Positions 53,363 to 64,000 of a DNA stretch of 64,000 bases are shown piece by piece. Origin of the DNA: Paraspadella gotoi (Eukaryota > Animalia > Chaetognatha); contig CM119267.1 of assembly GCA_051294375.1 (NCBI GenBank), positions 21,335,755-21,399,754 of the forward strand, in the 5' to 3' direction. Under the pieces are notes generated by a model that worked only from the letters and a program-made list of their open reading frames with translations, was not told the origin of the DNA and did not search any database. Each line of letters begins with the position of its first letter. The stretch's first letter is position 1. Made by a program: the position numbers and the translations under genes.

Positions 53363-53947
53363 ACCGCAGCACGTTGTCGGTCGAGTACGCCCCCAACGCC
53401 CAGACCGGGGCTCAGTCTCGACGAGATGGCGGCCCAAGCGACGCCGACGTCTCGAAACACGCCGCTTTCTCCGACGCGCCGCGTTTCCGGCGTCGATCGA
53501 AGACCGATCACGTGATCGTGAGGGACGAGGGGCTCCGAGGCGGAGGTGTCGACGATCCACTTGGAGAGGCCGACCTGAAGAGGATTATTATTATTCTTAT
53601 CCTTATTTATATTATTGATATTTTTGTTAAATATTCCAGATGTCCATAACTCACCCCGATGCAGTCGTCGATGGCGTAATCGGCGAAGGTCTCCAAGTTC
53701 TTGGGTCCGTCCGCCAGATCCTTCAAGATGGCATTGGCGTCGCCGCATCCGAAGACGCTCGTCGAAAAGGCGAAGATTCGAGGGAAGTGGCTCTTGAAGG
53801 TGTGCCAGAAGCAGGCCGTCTTGTCTTGCTCCAGCACTACCTGGATTAGAGGGGGATGGATTTTAGGAAAAGTGTTAAACTTAAAGATAATCTATTTTTC
53901 ATACTAATTAAGTTAGGTTAATAGTTATTCATAATAATAAATGTCAT

Positions 53948-53989
<42 letters not shown>

Positions 53990-56900
53990 CAATATTAATA
54001 ATGATTATTTACTTGATCGAAAATCCGAATGGGGGGGGGGGGGGCGGGGGGGGGGGGGGGGGGCGCGGGGCGGGGGCGGCGGGCGGGGGGGGGGGGGGGG
54101 GCGGGGGGGGGGGCGGGGGGGGGGCGGGGGGGGGGGGGGGCGGGGGGGGGGGGGGGGGGGCGGGGGGCGTTGGACAAAATAGTTGTCGATCCCCATTGCG
54201 CCGTCTTTTGTTTCATAGACTAGAAGGTTGGCGTCAATAAGGCGGCTGTCGCCGGCGCAGGAATCGTCGTAGAGGCGCAGGAGTCGAGAACGTCCTTGGC
54301 TCAATGCCCCAACACGAAGAAGCACCCTGATCGTGAGGTAATATTTAAAAACTAATTTGCATGTGATTGCAGCTGCGATTAATCGAAGGAATATTTGATA
54401 GTTATGCAACAGCGCGGGTTGCCTGTTGATGCCAATTGGGATGGGGGATTCACTGTTGAGCTTTGGCAGCTTCGATCTCAGTGACGCCTCATCCCACTGG
54501 CCGGTTACCCAAGGAACGTCTGCTTTGCCAAACGCAGAGGGAAGTCGTTAGGACTGTGGATGGAAACACTACGGCCTGGGATTGGTGTGTTCCCCCTCTT
54601 TAAGCCAAAAATGGATTTGGCTGACGCGATGGTGGATGTGAGGCCGGAGATGAATATACCGCCACAAGATCCCCTCGGCCAAGACATCACTCAGGCTTTC
54701 CTCAAGCCTGAGAGGTGTCTGACAAGGGACTGTTACCATAGTGCCGAAGAGAGAGAGAGAGCGCGAGTTGTGCGGGCATATTGCGTTTGTCGTAGCGTTT
54801 ACCCCAGGGCATAGGCGTTTGTCGTAGCGTACCAAAGTGAGCAGTGGCATAGGGGTTTGTCATAGAGTTACCCTGAGAAGGTTTGCGCTGTTCGATAGTA
54901 GGGCTCACCACTTAGGCAACAGCCGGGTTCCTGTGATGCCCATTTGGATGGGCATCTCACTGTTGGCTTTGGCGGGCCTTTCGACCCTCTAGTGACGCCT
55001 CCACGTCACTTGGCGCGGTTACCCTAGGACGGTCTCGCTTGCCAACGCAGAGGGAAGTCGTTAGGACTGTGGAATGGAACACTACGCCTGCCGGATGGTG
55101 TGTTCCCCCTCTAAGCCAATGGGATTTGGCTGACGGATGGTGGATGTGAGGCGGAGTGAATATACCGCCACAATAGTCATATTTAATACAGATCTATATT
55201 GCCAGAGGAAGTTGTTTTCATATTTTGTCCAATGCGTAGATCAGAAACTAAAATTTTTTTTCACATTTGGAATATGCCAGATGTATGCTATATGCAGTGT
55301 CATTTACTGGCTAAACGGTCTGAAATAATGCCAGTTCTGGCACACAGTATGCTAAAGTCTTACCGTCAGATGGTCTAAATTAGTTTATAAGATATTACGA
55401 AAATGTATTAACCAACTGACCTCGGTTTCTCGCTCTCTTCGGCGGGGAATAATTTCCAACCTCAACCCGAACGCCGTCGTCAATGCCGGATCGACGCCGC
55501 CTCTTAAGGCGCCGGTTTCCCGGCGTCGAATCGCGCCGAGGCGATCGCGACGCCGCGAAATACGCCGTCGCCGCCGCCGTCAACAAAGTCGACGCCCAAT
55601 TAAGTTTCGTGCTGGAACAGAACTTCAAAAAAGTGCCCGCGAAGAATCCGGCCAAGCGGCGTTCCTGGGGCGGGGTAGTTCGAAGGAAAGCGGCGTCGCT
55701 TTTGCTTGTCCCGGCGGCATTGTTTCCGCGGGATGACGCCGAGGAAGTTGGGGGCGTCTGAGGAAATGGCGGCGTCATCGTCGCCGCTGGCAACATCGCT
55801 TTATTTCGAGCGATTCGTCGCGCGTCGACAGAGCGACGTTAAGGCGTCGCCGGAATTCGGAAAAAAACGCCGGAAAAGAGGAAAGAACGCCGGGAGGGTG
55901 AAGGCCAAGAATGAGTAGCGAAGATGGTAGAAAGGAGAAGGAACAACGACAATGACCTTAGATTGAAAGAAAGAACGATGAAAGAAATATTAAGAGAAAG
56001 AAATAGTAATATGGGCACAAACAAAACAAAAATTATCCATTCCTTTACTCAATAAGCTATCTTGTCCCTGACTTTGGAATGGCTATGGTGGGTTTACTGT
56101 TTAGTGTTACTAAGCAGTGTTTAGGCCTTCATTCCCTTTACAAGATACATAATAAATAACATAGCAGGACCCTCTAAGCTTTCAATTATTTTTTGTTTTA
56201 TAACGATTTATTCAAGTACAATAGGGAACCCAACTATAAAAACTAGCAAAAGTAATTGCAACAAGAAAAAAACGCAAGTGAAATACAATAGGAAAAAAAC
56301 AGACTGGAGAACAATTAGTAAGATTAGGAGATTATCGCTTAATCTGTAAGTTTGTTTCCATTTAGTAATTAAAAATTGTTATTCTCTTTCAAATAAAATA
56401 AAAAAAGTAGAGAGATTATAAAATAAAGGATCGATAGACAGACATAGACAGACAGAAAGACAGTTAAACGAACAGAAATAAAGACAGACTGATACGAAAT
56501 ATCCTCTCACCTAACCGCGCCCACCGAAGAGACCGCCAAAAATAGAAAGACGCAAGACGCCGACGCCGCCGGCGCCAGCGTCAAACCCAGCACGTAGGAG
56601 AACCAGCGGCGCCGATCGTCGGCCGCGGATTCCGCCGCACCGTCGCTCGATCCGCAACAGATCGCCAGCCACGACGTCCAAAACAACGCCGCGTTGAGGG
56701 ACAACGCCGACGCCGGATAGAGAACGGCGACGACGTGATGAAAGACGCCGACCGAGGCGCCGAAACCGCGCCGGTGGAGGAGGCGCGCCAGGAGCGTCGA
56801 CGCCGTTATTGAGGACGCCGCGAAGAGAGAGACGGAGAGAGAGCCGAGTTGGAGGAAGAAGATGAAGAGGGCGATGGCGGCCGAGAGGGAGAGGGGGAGG

Positions 56901-59900
56901 AGATCCGAGGAGAATGAGGAGGAGAGGAGATCGGAGTAGCTTGGAGTCGGGAGGCGTGACGGGTGGGGGCGGAAGGTGGTTTAAGGTAGGATTGGGTTTT
57001 ACTTTAAGTTTAGAATTTGATTCATGTTACAGTTAATTTATAAAATAATGAACTAATAAATTATTTAAAAAATCAATCAATCAACCGATCCAACAAACCA
57101 AAATTTAACTTCAACGATTACAATTTCAAGACTTGAGGCCAATACGTTTACCAATTATAAATTTTTTTTTCTTAATTACATTAGCTTCGTAAAGTAACAA
57201 AACCGCATGGGGCCGACGCCACTGGATGTTGCGGGGGAGAGTTGCTCTCTGACGAGGCGTTGGAGGAATGGGAGGAGGGATGAGTTCGTAGAGGCTGATT
57301 CAGAGAGAAGATATTTTAATGTTAAATAATATATAAATTTAATATGTTAAATAATAATAAATTTATAAAATAAACCTATTTTTTAAAAATTATGCCCTGA
57401 CCAGACTGCTTAAAATGTTGAAAGAAATTTTAACCCCTTTACAAATTTTTTTCAACTGATACGTTAACGTTCACCATTCATCACATAAACAAACCATCTT
57501 GCCCCGTGACACTGAACCTGCTAAGGTTGGTTAGGTCCTAAAATAGTGTGAAGTAGGGGGCATATCCCAGATTTTAAATATATACCTTTTTTCTGCTCTT
57601 TTAATACAGCCTTTGGAAGGTTTTTGTAACTAAAACTCCTTCAAAATCTACTTTATTGACACCGGTCCGGTACAGCAGAGTAACTTGTGGTTTATTTTAA
57701 TCGAGATTGTGTTCCTCAATCTCATTTACATATTGCAGCAGTTTATATTAGTTCTCATAATATTTTTGCCGGGTTTCTCAGAAGTAATATTTGGTAATAT
57801 TAAGGATTCTTAACAATAAGATATACAATAAAATTACATACAACACGTACAATGATTCAATGTACACGAATCTACACACCACAACCCTCACCTCCCCCGC
57901 CTTTAAGAACGATCACGCTCCGAAGGCTACGGCTTCGCAGAACGCCGCGAGAGGCGTTGACGACGGAGAAGACGCCGAAAAACTCGTGAGGCCGACAATC
58001 TAGCCGACAATCGTCGATGGCGAGGAGGAGACGGGAGGACCAGTCGGAGGCGATGGCGGAGGAGGAGGAAGAGGAGAAGTCTCGAACGATGTCGACGACC
58101 GTCTTGGGAGTTTCGCAAGTGAACTGTGAGTTGTGAAGCTTATTTTGAGGCTAAGATGCTACGAACCGTAAATAACCTTAATTCATAACGAATTATCCCC
58201 TCCTCGGCTCCACTCCTTTCTGTTCAGACTTTTAGATGTTTTGATTTTTCAATAACTCACATCCTCACATCAATAATGGCTAATACCTATTTAAAAAAAC
58301 TGTTACGCTCCCTATCTTTTCAGAAGACGACACTAACATCCCTCTCTCCCTTACATTATGATAGATATGAAATAAATAATGTTCTTAAATCTGATAATTA
58401 TACTAAACTTTTATAATCGTTTTAAAAGTGTTCTATTATAGTAAAACAAGTACGAGAGGCTTCAAACTACAAAATTTTACATTTAGAGTCCTAAAGACTA
58501 AATAAATAGAACTATCGAGGCGACTTTTGACATTCAACCCCTGAATGCAGATACAAAGCCCTGGGGCTAAATTTTTGAATATTTTTTGCCCCTATGGGTC
58601 ACCCCCTAGGGCGCCTATATCTGAGCAAAGGGGTCAAATATTAAAAGTCGCCTCGATAGTTCAATTTGTATTCCCATAGGTATAGTGCCTACCAAATTTC
58701 AACAAATTTGGTCTCGAGTAGTCTATTCAGAACCAAGCCTTTTGTAATCTTACAATTTTTCATTGACCCAGTGGATTTTCACTCACCTCTTCGCACAGTG
58801 ACTTATAAGCCTCGCTCTCGAACAAAAGACGTTCGAACTTTTCGACTTCTTCAAAATTTGTCGTCGTCGCGACGTTGGATTCGACGTCGTCGTCGTAATA
58901 ATAATAATACAGTTCTATTACATCCAGGGTCTGCGGCGTAACGGGAGCAGTTTGAATTACATCCGGGTCAAGGGTTCGATGGCGCCACGCCATCCAGCGT
59001 CGGTGGAGCTCCGAGCCAGTTTCCTGGGATATATATGTAGTTACGTATGCATCGAGTTCGTGTGTAAGCGTTTATAATCGAGTTTTATCGAGTTTTAGTT
59101 CAATGTTTGTAACTTCTTATTCAATTATTCCTTTTTTAAAAAACTTCATTCATTCATTCATTCTTTCATCTTTCATTATTTCATTAATTCCCACGTTGCT
59201 TCATCATCATTCCTTCCGTTTATCGATTAATTGTTTTGATTGATTAATTGATTGAGTGATAAATTGATTGATTGAATGGATGAATCATAGTTTCATTCGT
59301 TTATTCTTTCAAAAAAGATTCATTTATTAAATAATAAAATTAATTAATTCAAAATAATTCTCACCCTAAACTCGTGCGCCTTCTCGTCCCAACCGAACCG
59401 CGTGTCTCTCGCTTCGTCGACGACGCAACCAACGACGACAACGACGACGACGACAAGAACGACGACGCCGGGACGCCGGAATGCGACGCCGCGCGTCGAT
59501 CAAGCACCAGCGGCGCCCAGATTTCCCGAACGGCGCCAGCGGACCGCGATCGGCGCGCAATCGCGCCGCTTTCGGAGACTTGCGACGACGATGCTGTTGA
59601 AATAAAAGCGCCTGCGAATGCTGCTGTTGTGACTGGGATTGCTGGGTTGAGATTGCTGTTGAGAGTCTACGGAGGATTGGGTGCCATTCACGTCGCCATC
59701 GACGCCGCTATTGATGGCGCCATTGACGGGCCATCGACGCGTTACGACGGCGCCGGTTTCTATAATCGATACTTCATGGTTCTGCGAGGGTTGTACCCGG
59801 GCGTCGTTCATGGAAGAACATTAGCGCCGCCACCGCCGCAGCCTTCGCCGCCGTCTCCGCCTGCAGCCTCTCCTCCATTCTCGAACAGACCGCCCGGCGT

Positions 59901-60216
59901 TAAAATCTGACGACGCCGTCATCGCGTTATCATGCGCCGGATTAGGAGTCGTGGCGAGAGTTTTGACTCGTAAATGTATCAAGTTGGCGAAAGACGCGCG
60001 GTTCGGCGCTGATTCCCGAAGTCGGCGCCACCTGTGATGGAATTTTGACCGTAAATAGTCTCTTTTATCGACTTTTCTGGTGGAGTCGGCTGCTGCGGAG
60101 GCGTACGCTCAGAGCGGTGTACGCTGTTGCGGCGGCGTCGGCTGCGAAGTCTGCTGCTTCTGAGGAGGCCGTTGCTGCGGTGGCGTGGCTCAAATCGAAT
60201 TCGTCGTCTTCAAATT
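44773..60216 (-). CDS. Dispatched-family (RND/sterol-sensing domain) multi-pass membrane protein, highly divergent, with a long low-complexity C-terminal tail
   Basis: Minus-strand exons ~60216-59365, 59023-58787, 58123-57892, 57294-57204, 56939-56511, 55956-55421, 54326-~54170, 53840-53655, 53574-53365, 53171-53096, 52814-52523, 46429-44773. TM1 followed by FRETGSELHRRWMAW. Loop motifs FEEVEKFERLLFESEAYKSLC, CETP and SRSLRS. SSD-like TM2-5 ending SSVGAVR. YMDEWENFIQNKMRRMPLAMAKHFQ. ATNRNLLLSF...FGKKLGEIECL. Last TM LVFELGLLFLVVSLLVLFLV. Start codon unresolved; several indels. Confidence 0.68.
47903..48207 (+). pseudogene. Frameshifted duplicate of the small Cys-rich protein
   Basis: Same sequence as 40253-40555 with indels (e.g. 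atgaaagtcg versus atgaagtcg). Confidence 0.55.
48710..49895 (-). pseudogene. Duplicate of the disrupted IR-like paralog
   Basis: Matches 41057-42263, with the same TGA (49691-49693). Confidence 0.6.
50355..51720 (-). pseudogene. 5'-truncated, frameshifted duplicate of the IR-like gene
   Basis: Matches 42719-44092; lacks the ATG and first codons; multiple indels. Confidence 0.6.
51775..51925 (+). repeat. Dispersed repeat family B
   Basis: gtgatggaggcc...caagatagcttattta...gataatttttatattggttgtaccaatttcata. Confidence 0.8.
52270..52450 (-). mobile_element. HINE/DINE-1-like element, family A
   Basis: GACAGACCGACCGACCGACCG microsatellite and CCGCGAGTACTTGCGG hairpin followed by an A-run; reverse orientation of 876-1085. 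Confidence 0.55.
54402..55172 (-). mobile_element. Miniature non-autonomous LTR retrotransposon (TRIM-like), 771 bp
   Basis: Two ~260-bp direct repeats (54402-54666, 54912-55172). 4-bp target-site duplication ATAG (54398-54401, 55173-55176). On the minus strand the LTR starts TGTGGCGG, a PBS-like TGGTGAGCCC follows the 5' LTR, and a purine tract GAGGGGA precedes the 3' LTR. Confidence 0.75.
56030..56186 (-). repeat. Dispersed repeat family B
   Basis: aattatccattc...aataagctatcttgtccctgactttgga...aagctttcaat. Confidence 0.7.
58509..58662. repeat. 154-bp inverted-repeat (hairpin) element, MITE-like or subterminal-IR module
   Basis: GAACTATCGAGGCGACTTTT (58509-58528) is the perfect reverse complement of AAAAGTCGCCTCGATAGTTC (58643-58662), with looser pairing further inward. 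Confidence 0.75.
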
Positions 60217-62864
60217 CTGTCGCAGGAAAAAACGAGGGAGAAGAAGGTCATCGTCGTTTTTATTTTATTTTTTTTTAAAGAAAGGGTTAGGGTTAGATGG
60301 AGCTAATTCCAAGATTGTTAAGCCCAAATATTATAAATGTATCTCGTACGAAATTATTGAGGCTCATGAAACCTGGCCGAGACGTCAGGTCTTTTCAAAG
60401 TTGTTGTGGTTGTTGTTACTTTCAAGCTTAATCTTATTATTTGGCTTATCCTTAAGATCATGAGATCAATTTTAAATTCGATTTTTTTTCTCTATTCTAT
60501 TTGTTTTCGTTTGCTCAGACTCAGTCTAAGTTTGTCGATTATGAATGTAGTGAATATGCTTGTTGTACTCGAATAAAATCGTGACTAAACAATTTTTTCC
60601 ACTTTATGTCCATTGTCCAATACCAATCAGCAATCGCTAATTATATCTTAAAAAGTATTTGGGGAGAAACCAACCGGTCGAGAACCCCACGAATTTTATT
60701 TTCAACGCCGCGCCGAAGTCAATCCGGCCACGATAACACATGACCTTCCGGTCAATACGAATACTACGATTCCACTTTTGGTTTCGACATGAAATACGAA
60801 ACCAATTACGACTCTACTTTTAATTATTTTTTTTTTTGGTCTATTCCCGAAAATTCTTAATAAATTTAAAAAGTCCGAAATTAACCGAAAAGTAGCTGAA
60901 AGGATTAGTCCTACCTTTTCTCTTTCGGGCGACGACGGCGAATTCTTGAATTAAAACCGCCAAAAAATGAATTAGGATTTTTTACTAAAAAGAAGGAAAA
61001 AATGACTTAATGTTCTATTTTAAATTTAAAATAAAATAATAATAATTTAATGAATAGGTTACGGCCAGCTTGTTGCAACACATTTACTATCGCCACCCGC
61101 CTAGGACCTTCATCGCAGCCCAGGTGTCGTAAGAGTGAGAATTCTTTCTTCCTACCAAGCTGTTGGTGTCAATGCTAGTAAGCCAGACGGGACATCTAAC
61201 CCACCTGTAGAGGCAGACTACAGTGAGATCCGAAGTTCTGATACTAGCAAATAACAGACGGTAATTTGTCCTGTCCTGTCGTGTCTCACTAAAGTCTTAT
61301 ATCTATGTAATGTAGATCATATACTAGATTTACCTTTTTTTTCCCCAATATAATCCGTTTTGGTAGGATGACTTAAAGTGAAAGTAATTAGTAATTCGTA
61401 AGTCTCATGACGAAAGATTGACATTTCTAAGATCGGAAACCTTGTTTAACTCGTCGCCATGTTGACCAGGACGACGACGACGATGAGAATGATGATCAGA
61501 TCATCAACATGAAATTTCGGAGACGAAAACGTTTCCAAAAATTAAAAATAGGTCAGGGTTAATGACATTGAATGACAATTGTTGACAAATTTGCTAACTG
61601 CCACGCCTTATAGTGCACTAGTGAGTAGTGACATCGGACGGGAAAGGAGAGAGAGGAGATGAGAGGGGAGAGAGAGAGAGAGAGAGAGAGAGACAGATGA
61701 GAGAATGAGAGAGAGAAAATATTTCAAAATATTTGACAAAGAAAAAAATGTCAGCAGAAAATAATTCATGGTTTTTTAATTGAATAAAGCCATAACGTTC
61801 AAACGGTGAGATGCCCCGCCCCCCTGGCATCAGAGGCCGTTCCCGCCATTGTTAAAATATAGCGAATTTTATTCGATGAGCGCAGATATCGGGGTTTTTT
61901 TCCCGAAAACGTTTCCTTTATCCCAGAACTTAGTTCTAAACACAATACTTAATCCTAACTGTAACCCAAATCTGACACCTCACTCCTTACTTATTTTAAG
62001 CACTTTATTCAGAATTTAAGTTTAAATGGGCACTTTTAGAAAATATAACCAAAATTTACATATATAGACATATATATTTCTTATATACTTAAAATATATA
62101 TATACAATAGATAATCGAATAAGTAACATGAGAAACTAGAATTTGAAATAATGTAGAAGACTATAAAGAAAAGCAGACGTTTTAAGCGCAAGGTTTTTAA
62201 TAATGAAAAGAATCTGATTTTTGTACAAAATTAAAACGTATTTTTCTAAAAAATATTACACATATTAAAATCTAGTAATTTCTATTAACTTGAAGTACAA
62301 TAATAGATTGAATACGCAATTTTGATTTTCGAAAAAATTTACAATTTAAAAAATTTAAACCAAAAATATTTTTTAAACTTTTTGTAGTCATTTAATTTTC
62401 ATTCAAAAGTTTTAATTACATTTGAACAATTATGTTCTTATTCTTACTATCGATCGCTGGTTTAGATCTGGATCCTAAGACTGGACAAATTTGTCACTTT
62501 TATTTACAAGCATCGATTCGATTTTTTTAAGTAGCAATCGCTTGACGCTTTAATTCTTATTACGTTAGGGCCACGTGTTACCTTTGCGTCGACAGCATGT
62601 TCATAGCTACGATTTGAGTAGGCCTGCCTACATGCGGTACCGGCCACATTTTCATTAAACTTCAGCTTGACAGGACGCCACTTTGGGATTATTCATGACA
62701 CGGGCTAATAACAGCTTTAATCCATCTTTATTAGACCACCAATGTACAAATAATGAACACATTGATCAATGAACATAACGCATACTCGAGGTCAAATAAT
62801 ATTTAATTTCAAATTTAATAGATTAAAAATAAAATCGGGTCTGATTTACAAACAAACGCCGCAA

Positions 62865-63665
62865 TTACGAATCTTTATCATCATCATCATCATCCACGTA
62901 ATCGTCGTCGTCGAGCTCGTTTGTCAAGCTCCTCAAGTTCCTCATCGGTAAAAATCTTTGGCAAAATCCATTTTCGAACCGCGATGAGGATGATGAGGAA
63001 AGAAAGGGAAGGCGATGGAGGCCGGCGTCGCCTTTCCCGTCCACAGAACCGCCAGGCTGATCAACTGCAGCAACGTGTACAGGTGCATGCGCCAGTGTGC
63101 GGACTTGCGCACGTAGCCGACGCGGGGATGATGTTTTAAGGGGATGAAGAAGAGGCCAACGCGCGGTGAGAAGCTGGAGTCCGCCTGTAATTGTTATCTG
63201 TGTTAGATAGGACTTATCCAACGAGTTAACCTTAAAACTTACCCAGTGTTGTAACCCCCCATGTACAGCAGCACGCCAAAAAGAACAGCGACAGGGATTT
63301 CCTTTCAGAACCTAAATGGGCAATGGCGATGGTCCCGCCGACCAAGATGCTTGTCATAAAGTTAGTCACGCGTTGCTCTTTGACCTGATACATTGTAGTT
63401 AAAGTTATGTTTAATTTAATAGCAACATGAACTTCATTTTTCACATCACAACTTTCTGAGTCTGCCAATTTCCTTACCTCAATGACTCTAGGCGGTCCCT
63501 CTGGGCGAGCTGATAAGTAGCTGATTACATAACTGTGAGCTGTATCGTGTGCGTGCGTACGACAACACGGCAGGCAGCTGTCAACCATGATGCTCCGAAT
63601 CAACGTGCCACATCGACTGCCTAGTCCCATCAACGGAGGCCAATACGAGAATGTCCAGGTGATAT
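62865..63665 (-). CDS. SLC4-family bicarbonate/anion exchanger (AE/band 3-like), last three exons; gene continues beyond the window
   Basis: Exons 63665-63478, 63384-63243, 63184-62865. Motifs after indel correction: YHLDIL, VKEQRVT, IPVAVLFGVLLYMGVTTL, KHHPRVGYVRK..WRMHLYTLLQ, TPASIAFPF, VRKWILPKIFTDEELEELD. Confidence 0.85.
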
Positions 63666-63715
63666 CTGAAAGAATAAAGAGATGAGATAAAATTCATCAA
63701 TTTGATCAAAAATCA

Positions 63716-63900
63716 TATGAAATTTGTCCAGCTAAATGAAAAATTTTATCCATTCATTTAATAAATAAGCTATCTTTCCCCTGACTTCGGACAGGTTTTA
63801 GTGGTTTAAGGCCTCCTCTCTGTCAAGATAATAGCATAAGAAGGTCCCTGCAAGCTTACAATCAGTCTCTCTCACAGTCTCGTTTATTCACTCTCAGAGT
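63716..63900 (-). repeat. Dispersed repeat family B
   Basis: tatgaaatt...ttatccattcatttaataaataagctatc...ctctctcacagtctcgtttattcactctc. Confidence 0.8.
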
Positions 63901-64000
63901 AGCTGGATTCCCTAGTCAATGAAGGGTTTATAACATTTCAAAACTATGTTGAAATGTGTAAGAAAAGACCAATCCCTTAAGTATAACTATAAGAAAGGGG

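Noticed and set aside
54030-54168. Poly-G tract giving Gly-rich and Pro-rich ORFs; possible G-quadruplex
   Set aside because: A near-pure G run that obscures an exon end; typical of a sequencing or gap-fill artefact and cannot be trusted.
54775-54875. Three spaced ~20-bp repeats resembling a mini CRISPR array
   Set aside because: Eukaryotic intron, degenerate repeats, very short spacers and no cas genes; internal repeats of the LTR element.
61058-61320. Compositionally distinct segment, possible solo LTR (similarly ~62575-62750)
   Set aside because: No second copy, TSD or diagnostic termini visible within the window.

Overview
This is intron-rich animal genomic DNA from a draft assembly with N-gaps, microsatellites and many 1-bp indels that look like long-read noise. 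Reading splice sites by hand gives: (1) a 24-exon receptor guanylyl cyclase (NPR-A/B-like, + strand, 3385-30393). It carries a 2.9-kb foldback element in intron 2 and a same-strand nested gene in intron 18 encoding an ankyrin + TTC3-type Cys domain + RING-H2 protein. (2) A divergent tetraspanin. (3) A CatSper1-like channel interrupted by gaps. (4) A ~5.2-kb block present twice (solo-LTR-like repeat, small Cys-rich secreted/GPI-type protein, ionotropic-receptor-like pseudogene, intronless ionotropic-receptor-like gene). (5) A minus-strand Dispatched-family membrane protein that appears to lack the GxxxD(D) acidic motifs, with a 771-bp miniature LTR element in an intron. (6) The 3' end of an SLC4 anion exchanger. 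Helentron/HINE-like short repeats are dispersed throughout. All family calls come from motif recognition by eye; no database search was run.
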